Part shown: positions 55,390 to 64,000 of the stretch, piece by piece | Layout: every line of letters starts with the position of its first letter | Position numbering within the stretch: position 1 is the stretch's first letter | Assembly (NCBI GenBank): GCA_009914755.4 | Contig: CP068257.2 | Location: 8,096,001-8,160,000, forward strand | Reading direction: 5' to 3' | DNA from: the human T2T-CHM13v2.0 reference genome, Homo sapiens | Length of the DNA stretch: 64,000 nucleotides | Translations under genes and position numbers: made by a program | Notes under the pieces: generated by a model | Databases searched by the model: none | What the model was told of the DNA's origin: nothing | What the model saw: the letters and a program-made list of their open reading frames with translations, nothing else

Positions 55390-55508
55390 CATACTATTGC
55401 ATTCCATTCAATTCCATTCTATCATATAAATTACATTCGAGACCATTTATTTCGAGTCCATTCAATTTGAGCCCATTCAAGTCCATTACTTTTGGGTCCA
55501 TTCCATTC
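55390..55508 (+). repeat. 210-bp module 3-prime-half copy 40 (paralog of copy 39, 933 bp downstream)
   Basis: ccatactattgcattccattcaattcc ... tataaattacattcgagaccatttatttcgagtcc ... cattacttttgggtccattccattc. Confidence 0.6.
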
Positions 55509-56518
55509 TGTTCCATTCCATTCCATTCGATCCCATTACATTTGTTTCTATTCCATTCGAGTCCATTCCAATCGAGTCCATTCCATTCCATTCATTGAAA
55601 TTCCATTCGATTCTATTTCATTCGAGTTGATACCATTCCATTCCGTTCAATCTGATTCCATTCCATTCTATTCCATTCCATTCCATTCCATTCCATTCCA
55701 TTCCATTCGTTTCCATGCCATTTCAATCCATTCCACTCCAGTCCATTCCTTTCGAGTCCATTCCATTCCAGTCCATTGCATTCAAGTCCATTCCATTCCA
55801 TTCCATTCGAAGCCATTGCATTCAAATTTATTCCATTCGACTCCATTCCATTCCATTCCGTTCCATCCGATTCCATTCCATTCTATTCCTTTCCATTCCA
55901 TTTTCTTCCATTACATTCATTTCCATTCCATTCCTGTCCATTCCACTCCAGTCCATTCCATTTGTTTCCGCTCCATTCCAGTACATTCCATTCGAGTACG
56001 TTCCATTGCATTCCATTCAATTCCATTCGATGCCACTCCATTCGATTCTATTCCAATCGACTCCATTCCATTCCATTCCGTTCCATCCGATTGCATTCCA
56101 TTCTATTCCTTTCCATTCCATTCCCTTCCATTCCATTCTTTTCCATTCCATTCTGTTTCATTTCATTCCATTCCATTCCATTCAATGCCATTCAAATTGA
56201 CTCCATTCCATTCCATTCCGTTCTATCTGATTCCATTCCATTTTATTCCTTTGCATTCCATTCCATTCCTTTCCAATCCATTCCAATCTTCTCCATTCCA
56301 CTCCAGTTCATTCCATTTGAGTCCATTCCATTACAGTCCATTCCATTCGAGTCCATTCCATTCGATTCCAATCGATTCGATTGCATTCCACTCGATTCCA
56401 CTCCATTCAATTCCATTGTATTCCGTTCTATTCCATTCCACTGCATTCCATTCTATTCCATTCCATTGCATTCCACTCCATTCCATTTGATTACATTCCA
56501 TTCGATTCCATTCCATTC

Positions 56519-56744
56519 AAATGAATTACATTGCAGTCCATTACATTTGACTCTGTTCTATTCCAGTCCATTCCGTTCCTGTCCATTCCATTCGATTCCA
56601 TTCCATTCGATTTCATTCCCTCCGATTCCATTCCATTCTTTACCATTCTATTCGAATAAATTCCATTCGAGACCATTGGTTTCGAGTCCGTTCTATTTGA
56701 GTCCATTCCATTCGAGTCCGTTACATTTGGGTCCATCCCATTCC
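56519..56744 (+). repeat. 210-bp module copy 41 (last, about 300 bp before the B-to-C transition)
   Basis: gaattacattgcagtccattacatttgactctgttctattccagtcc ... aataaattccattcgagaccattgg ... gttacatttgggtccatcccattcc. Confidence 0.7.
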
Positions 56745-57049
56745 ATTCCATTTAATGCCATCCCATTTGATTCTATTCCATTCGAGTCCATTGCATTCTA
56801 GTCCATTAAATTCGAGTCCATTCCTTTACACTCCATTCCCTTCCATTCTATTCGACTCCATTCCATTCCTTTCCATTCCGTTCCATTCCGTTCCATTCCA
56901 TTCCATTCCGTTCCATTCCATTCCATTCGATTACATTCCATTCGCGTCCATTACATTCGATTCCATTCCATTTGATTCCATACCTTTTGATTCAATTCCA
57001 TTCGAGTCCATTCCATAAAATTCCATTCTTTCCTTTCCGTTCCTTTCCA

Positions 57050-60000
57050 GTCCATTCGATTCCAGTCTATTCTAATCCACTCCACTCCACTCCGTTGAAT
57101 TCCGTTACTTCCCATTCCATCTCTTTCCAATCTATTTCCCTCCACTCCACTACCCTCCATTAAATGCCATTCCACCCCATTCCATTCCACTCCATTTCAA
57201 TCCACTCTACTCCACTTCATTGCATTCCATTTGATTGCATTGAATGCCTTTCGATTTCATTCCACTCGATTCCATTCCATTCCATTCTCTTCCATTCGTT
57301 TCCATTCCATTTGATTCCATTCCATCCCAATCCATTCCATTCAATTCCACTCCATTCCATTCCATTCAATTCTATTCCATTCATTCCATTCATTTCCATT
57401 TCATTCCATTCCATGCCATTGCATTTCATTTCCACTCCCCTCTACTGCACTCCATTCCGTTCAATTCCATTCCTTCTCATTCCATTCCACTCCATTCCAC
57501 TCCATTCCGTTCCACTCACTTCCATTCCACCCCTTTCCATTCCCCTCCATTTCACTCCTCTCTTCTCCACTGCTTTCCATTCGATGCCTTTCGATTAAAT
57601 TCCATTCGATTCCATTCCATTCATTTGCACTCCAGTCCACTCCATTCCAATCCTTTCCGTTCCATTCTATTCGATTCCATTCCACTCCAATCCACTCTGA
57701 TCCACTTTATTCCATTCCATTCCATTGTATTCAACTCCATTCCATTCAATTCCGTTCTATTCCTTTCCACTCCACTCCACTACACTCCATTGAAATCCAT
57801 TCCTCCCCATTCCTTTCCACTCCATTCCATTCCACTGCACTCCATTTCAATGCATACCATTCGATTACAGTCGTTTCCATTCGATTCCATTCTAATCGAT
57901 TCCAAACCTTTTGATTCCACTCCATTCGATTAGATTCCATTCCATTCGATTTCATTCCTTTCGATTTGATTTTATTCCATTCGGGTCCATTCCTTTCGAT
58001 TATATTTCACTCGATTGCATTCCATTCGAGTCCATTCCTTTCGAGTCCATTAAATTAAATTCCATTCTTTCCATTCCATTCCAGTCCAGTCCATTCCAGT
58101 CCATTCCAGTCCACTCCTCTCCACTCCACTCCATTCAATTCCATTACTTCTCATTCCATTCCATTCCACTCCATTCTTCTCCACTCCACTACATTCCATT
58201 CAATTTATTTCCACCCAATTCCATTACACTCCATGACAATCCATTCCACTCCAGTTCATCACATTCCATTTGATTCCATTCATTGCCATTCAATTCCATT
58301 CCTTTCGATTGCCTTCCACTTTATTCCTCTCCATTTGATTCCATTCCATTCTATTCCATTCCCGTCGATTCATTTCCATTCGATTCCATTACATTCGAGG
58401 ACATTCCATTCAATTCGTTTCAATTCCAGTCCATTCCATTGCAGTCCATTCCTTTTGAGTCCATTCCATTCGGGACTATTCCACTCCAGTCAATTCCATT
58501 CGAGCCCATTCTATTCCAATCCATTTCACTCCAGTCCATTCCATTTGAGTCCATTCCATTCGAGTCCATTCCATTCCAGTCCAATCTATTCCAGTCTATT
58601 CCGTTTGAGTCTATTCTGTCGGAGTCCATTATATTCTTTTCCATTCTCTTCCCTTTCCTTTCCTTCCTTTCCATTCCTCTCCACTTCACTCCTTTCCATT
58701 CCTTTCCACTTCACTCCATTCCATTCCACTCCACTCCATTCTATTCCACTGCATTCCACTCCATTCCACTTTTCCATTCCATTCCATTCCATTCCATTCC
58801 ATTCCATTCCATTCCATTCTATTGCATTCCATTCCACTCTGCTCTGCTCCACTCCACTCCATTCAATTCCATTCTTTCTCATTCCATTCCACTCTATTCT
58901 TCTCCAATCCACTCCATTCCATTCAATTCCATTCCACTCTATTCCATTCCACTGCATTCCACTTCTCTCTACTCCACTTCACAGCATTCCAGTCGATGCC
59001 ATTCAATTCCTTTCCATTCAATTCCATTCCAATTCATTCTATTTCATTTGATTCCATTCCATTCCATTCAATCCCGTTCCATTCCATTCCATTCCATTCC
59101 GTTCCATTCCATTCCATTCCATTCCGTTCCATTCCATTCCTTTCCATTCCATTCCATTCCATTCAATTCGAGTCCGTTCCATTCCATTCCATTCCATTGG
59201 ATTCCTTTCCAAACTATTCCATTCCATTCAAGTACATTCCCTTTGAGTCCATTCCATTCCATTCCATTCCATTCCATTCCATTCCATTCCCCTCCATTCC
59301 ACTCAACTGCACTCCACTACATTCCATTCCTTTCTATTCCATTACATTCCATTGCCCTCCTGTCGACTCCATTCCATTCCATTCCTCTCCATTCCATTCC
59401 ACTCCATTCGGTACTTTCCTTTACACTCCACTCCTCTCCACTCCACTCCATTCCACTTCACTCTATTCCATTCCATTCCATTCCATTGCATTACAATCCA
59501 CTCCACTCCACTCCACTCAATTCCATTCCTTCCCATTCCATTCCATTCCACTCCATCGCACTTCATACAATTGAGTTCCACATCATTCAATTCCACTCCA
59601 TTTCACTCCACTCCACTTAACCGCATTCTGTTAGATTCAATACGATGCCATTCTATTCCTTTACATTCCATTTCATTCCAGTCGATTCCATTCTATTCAA
59701 TTCCATTCCATTCGATTCAATTCCTTTTGATTCCATTCCAGTGTATTCCATTCAATTTGATTCCCTTCCACTCGATTCCACACCATTTGGGTGCTTTTCA
59801 TTCGAGTCCATTCCATTCCTCTCCATTCCCTCCCAGTCCATTCCAGTCCAGTCCATTTTACTCGAGTCCATTGCATTCCATTCCTTCATATTCCATTCCA
59901 CTATACTCCATTCCATTCCATTGCATTGCACTCCACTCCACTCCGTTCAAATCCATTCCAATGCATTCCATTCCATTCCATTGCATTCCATTCAAATCTA

Positions 60001-63000
60001 TTCCAATCCATTCCATTCCATTCCACTCCATTCCATACCATTCCACTCCACTCGACTCCACTCCATTCCTTTCCATTCCATTCAACTCAACTCCAAACAA
60101 ATCCACTCCCCTCGATTCCTCTACATTCCACTCTATTCCACTCAAATCCACTCCACTGCACTCCACTCCACTCCACTTCACTCCACTCCACTCCATTCCA
60201 TTCCATTGCTTTCCACTCCACTCTGTTCAATTCCATTCCTTTAAATTCCATTTTATCACATTCCGTTAGATTCCACTGCACTCCACTCCATTGAATTCCA
60301 GTCCACCCTATTCCATTCCACACCATTCCACTCCACTCCACTCTACTTCACGGCATCCCATTCAATTCCATTTGATGTCATTCGATTCCATTCAGTTCCA
60401 TTCCATTTGATTCCATTCCATTCAATTTCATTCCTTTGAATTCCATTCCGTTAGATTCCATTGCATTCGAGGCCATTCCATTCCAGTCTACTGCATTCAG
60501 GTCCATTCAGTTTGGGTCCATTACATTCGAGTCCATTCCACTCGCGTCCATTCCATTTCATTCCATTCCACTCCACTCCACTCCATTCCACTCCACTCCA
60601 TTACACTACATTCTGCTCCAGTCCATTCCATTCCATTCTATTCCATCCCACTGCAATCCACTCCACTGCACTCCACTCCATTCTATTCTATTCCACTCCA
60701 CTCCATTTCATTCCACTCCACTCCATTCCACTCCACTACATTCCAATCCAATTCATTCCATTCCATTCTATTCAATTCCATTCCTTTCCATTGTGTTCCA
60801 TCGCACTGCAATCCACTCCACTCCTCTCCACTCCACCCCATTCCATTCTATTCCACTCCATTCCATTTCATTCCAATCCACTCCATTCTACTCCACTACA
60901 TTCCATTCCAATTCATTCCATTCCATTCTATTACATTCCATTCCACTCCACTCCTCTCCATTCAATTCCATTTCCATTCATTCCATTTCATTCCACTGTA
61001 ATACATTCCATTCCATTCCATTGCATTCCAGTCCAGTCCACTCCCCTCCGTTCAATTCCATTCCTTCCCATTCAATTCCTTTCCAATCCATTTCACCTGA
61101 CTCCACTCCACTCCATTCAATTAAATTCCACCCCATTCCATTCCACTTCATTCCACTCCTCTCCACTTCACCACATTGTTTTCAAATCCATTAGATGCTT
61201 TTCGAATCCATTCAATTCGAATCCATTCCATTCGATTCCATTCCATTCAATCCCATTCTATTTGATTCCGTTCCATTCGATTCCATTGCATTTGATTCCT
61301 TGGCATTTGATTCCATTCCATTCCATTCCGTTCCATTGCATTCCATTCCGTTATATTTGACTCAATTCCATTTGAGTCCATTCCTTTTGAGTCCAATCCA
61401 TTCCAGCCATTCCACTGGAATCCAATCCATTCCAGTCCATTCCATTTGATTCAATTCCATTCCAATCCATTTCATTCCACTCCACTCCACTCGTCTCCCC
61501 TCCACTCAACTCCATTCCAATCAAATCCAATGCATTGCACTCAAATACATTGCATTCCATTCCATTCAATTCCTTTCCTTCCCATTCCTTTCCATTCCAA
61601 TCAATTTCCCTCCACTCCACTCCATTCTATTCCATTCCAGCCCATTCCATTCCACTCCATTCCACTCCACTCCACTTCACAGCATTCCATTCGATTCCAT
61701 TCCATTCCAGTCCATTCCGTTCAATTTCATTAAATTCGATTCCATTCCATTCGAATCCATTCCTTTCGAATCCTTTCCTTTCGATTTCATTCCCTTCTGT
61801 TCCATTCCATTCCATTCCATTTCATTCGATTCCAGTCCATTCCATTCCTTTCCATTCCATTCCATTCCACTGCATTCCACTAACTCCACTCCACTCTGCT
61901 TTACTCCATTCCTTCCCATTCCATTCCACTCCGTTCTAATCCAATCCACTCCACTCCATTCTATTCCAATCCACTCCACTCCATTCTATTCCAATCCACT
62001 CCATTCCACTCCTCTCCACTCCGATTCACCGCAATCCATTCCATGCCATTTGATTACATTCAATTCAATTCCGTTCTAATCCATTCAATTACATTCCCTT
62101 CCATTCCATTCCATTCCATTCCATTCCATTCCATTCCATTCCATTCTATCCCATTCCATTCCATTCTATTCCATTCCAATTCAGTTGATTGCATTCCATT
62201 CCTTTTGATTCCTTGCCATTCCATTCCATTCGATACTATTCCATTCTATTCCATTCCATTCCATTTTATTCCGTTCCACTTCATTCCTTTGCATTCAATT
62301 CCTTTCCATTCCATTCCATTCCATTCCATTCCATTGCATTCCATTCCATTCCATTCCATTCATTGATTCCATTCCTTTGGATTCCCTTCCATTGAATTCC
62401 ATTCCATTCGAGTCCAGTCCATTCCATTCCAATACATTTCGTTCCATTCCATTCCATTCCATTCCATTCCATTCCATTCCGTTCCATAACCCTTCACTCC
62501 AATTCACTCCCCTTAACGCCACTCCATTCCATTCGATTCCATTCCATTCTATTCCATTCAATTCCACTCAATTCCATTCCATTCCACTCCACTCCATTCC
62601 ACTCCGTTTCAATCTATTCCACTCCATTCCATTCTATTCCATTCCTCTCCACTCAACTCCACTCCACTCCATTCCTTTTCACTCCATTCCATTCTATTCC
62701 ATTTCTTTCCAATCCACTCCACTCCATTCAATTCCATTCCTTCCCGTTACATTCAATTCCACTCCATTCCTCTCCACTCCTCTCCACTCCATTCAATTGC
62801 ATTCCAATTCTTTCCATTGCACACCACTCCACTGAACTTCACCACATTCCATTCGAATCCTTTCGATGCCATTTGATTCCATTCCATTTTATTTCATTCG
62901 ATACCATTTGATTCCATTCCTTTCGGTTCCATTCCATTTGATTGTGTTCCATTTGATTCCTTGCATTCAATTCCATTCTATGTCATTTGATTCCTTTCCA

Positions 63001-64000
63001 TTCGAATCCACTCCATTCCATTTGATTCCGTTGTACTCCATTCTACTCCATTCGAGTCCATTCCACTCCATTCCATTCCTTTCCATTCCATTTGATTCCA
63101 TTCCTTTCGAGTCCATTGCATTCAATTCCATTCGATTCCGTTCGATACTATTCCATTCCATTCCATTCCTTTCAATTCCATTCGTGTCATTTCCATTCCA
63201 TTCCATTCCATTCCATTCCATTCTATTCCATTCCATTCCATTGCACTGCATTCCACTCCACTCCACTCCACTCTTTTCAATTCCATTCCTTCCCATTCCA
63301 TTCCACTCTGTTCCAATCCAATCCACTCCACTCCATTCTATTCCATTCCACTCCATTCCATTCCACTCAATTCCACTCCTCTCCACTCCAGTTCACCGCA
63401 TTCCATTTGATGCCACTCAGTTCCATTCCATTCGATTCCATTCCATTCCATTCATTTCCATTCCATTCCGTTCCATTCCTTTCCATTCCTTTCGATTCTA
63501 TTGCATTCGATTGCATTCCATTTCATTTGATTCCATTCCATTAGATTCCATTCCATTCATTTCCCTTCCATTCCATTCAGTTCCATCCCATTCCGTTCCA
63601 TTCCAATCCATTCCCTTCCATTCCATTGCATTTGATTCCATTCCATTTCATTTGATTCCATTCCATTCCTTTTGATTCCATTGCACTCAATTCCATTCCA
63701 TTTCACTCTATTCGAGACCATTCCATTCCATTCCTTTCCACTCTATTTGTTTCCATTCCATTCAATTCCATTCCATTCGTTTCGTTTCCATTCGTTTCCA
63801 ATCAATTCCATTCAATTCTATTGCATTCTATTCCATTCCATTCGAGTCCATTCCCTTCCATTCCATTCCCTTCTATTCCTTCCATTCCATTCCACTGCAT
63901 TCCACTACACTCCTATTCACTCTGCTCAATTCCATTCCTTCCCATTCCATTCCACTCCTTTCCAATGCAATACACTCCAGCCCATTCTATTCCATTCCAC
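57050..64000 (+). repeat. Domain C, a heterogeneous zone mixing B-like CGAGTCC-rich stretches with domain-A-like CTCCA-rich HSat3, with ~0.84 kb periodicity from ~59.4 kb, the same landmarks as domain A subunits, and no Alu fragment
   Basis: Landmark pairs ttccttcccattcc ... caccgcattcc at ~59,505/59,612, 60,225/60,350, 61,055/61,180, 61,900/62,025, 62,740/62,845 and 63,275/63,400. No gacagg...cccaggctg anywhere after 15,292. Confidence 0.7.

Larger units (their letters stand above)
17440..57050 (+). repeat. Domain B2, a CGAGTCC-rich diverged SatIII-like satellite with a quasi-periodic ~210-bp marker module (about 42 copies)
   Basis: Recurrent module CAATTACATTGCAATCCATTACATTCGAGTCCGTTCTATTCCAGTCC...CCATACTATTGCATTCCATTCGATTCCATTCTATTCGAATAAATTCCATTCGAGACCATTCCTTTCGAGTCCATTCTATTTGAGTCC...CATTACATTTGGGTCCATTCCATTCC. 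Confidence 0.8.
1..64000 (+). repeat. Classical pentameric satellite, satellite III / HSat3 type, (ATTCC)n on + = (GGAAT)n on -, in uniform orientation across the window
   Basis: Direct reading finds ttccattcc pentamer runs and diverged derivatives (ctccactcc, cgattcc, cgagtcc) throughout. + strand is nearly G-free. No stop codons in any frame of the pentamer. Confidence 0.95.

Noticed and set aside
17471-56744. AATAAA hexamer present in nearly every 210-bp module (gaataaattcc) as a polyadenylation signal
   Set aside because: It occurs on the ATTCC strand, which is not the known transcribed SatIII strand, with no downstream GU-rich element or upstream gene. It is a chance feature of an AT-rich diverged segment.
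1-64000. Hundreds of 60-490 aa ORFs on both strands, for example 9648-11132 + (494 aa) and 30500-31945 + (481 aa), with HSIPFHS / MEWNGMEW repeats
   Set aside because: Pure consequence of translating ATTCC/GGAAT repeats, which cannot encode stop codons. The products are low-complexity with no domain-like segments, ORFs overlap in all frames, and there are no promoters, splice structure or codon-usage signal.
1-64000. CRISPR array or a prokaryotic defence/accessory system
   Set aside because: Repeats are contiguous tandem pentamers without unique spacers. The Alu fragment shows this is primate nuclear DNA. There are no cas-like or any other credible CDS.
1-64000. Heat-shock-element-like GAA/TTC arrays as discrete regulatory sites
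   Set aside because: GAA units are all in direct orientation (GGAATGGAAT), not the alternating inverted nGAAnnTTCn arrangement. HSF1 association with SatIII is array-wide, so no individual site can be called from sequence.
1-64000. Telomeric/interstitial TTAGGG repeats, alpha satellite (171 bp), HSat1, beta satellite, rDNA or tRNA genes
   Set aside because: None of the diagnostic motifs were seen on either strand. The periodicities present are 5 bp and ~0.5-2 kb HORs only.

Overview
The whole 64-kb window is hominoid, most likely human, pericentromeric classical satellite DNA of the satellite III / HSat3 type. The + strand carries (ATTCC)n and diverged derivatives, so the - strand carries (GGAAT)n, and this orientation is uniform from start to end with no inversion. 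The + strand is almost free of G outside CpG (cgatt, cgagt) and outside the Alu fragments. I find no credible protein-coding gene, rRNA, tRNA, CRISPR array or prokaryote-type system. Every ORF in the supplied track is a stop-codon-free reading of the pentamer: ATTCC gives IPFHS/HSIPF/FHSIP on + and GGAAT gives MEWNG/NGMEW on -. ATTCC cannot form TAA, TAG or TGA in any frame, so long low-complexity ORFs are expected by composition alone. The window splits into four architectural domains. Domain A (1 to ~15,470) is pentamer-rich ATTCC/CTCCA satellite. Each irregular 0.23-1.26 kb subunit in A begins with an antisense, CpG-decayed ~65-bp Alu 3-prime terminal fragment with its A-rich tail; there are 22 copies, and the last ends near 15,292. 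Domain B1 (~15,470-17,440) is a CGAGTCC/CGAGGCC-rich diverged satellite with ~0.885 kb periodicity and no Alu fragment. Domain B2 (~17,440-57,050) is the same diverged satellite punctuated quasi-periodically by a ~210-bp non-pentameric marker module. That module has about 42 full or partial copies, mostly 0.85-1.1 kb apart, with local higher-order repeats of 1.46 kb and 0.93 kb. Domain C (~57,050-64,000) is heterogeneous. It mixes B-like CGAGTCC-rich stretches with domain-A-like CTCCA-rich stretches, and from ~59.4 kb shows a ~0.84 kb periodicity. It carries the same internal landmarks as domain A subunits but lacks the Alu fragment. The interesting biology here is satellite architecture and evolution. 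That covers an Alu fragment captured and amplified inside a SatIII unit, nested higher-order repeats, and abrupt subfamily junctions. It is not a novel gene system, and I cannot support one from the sequence.
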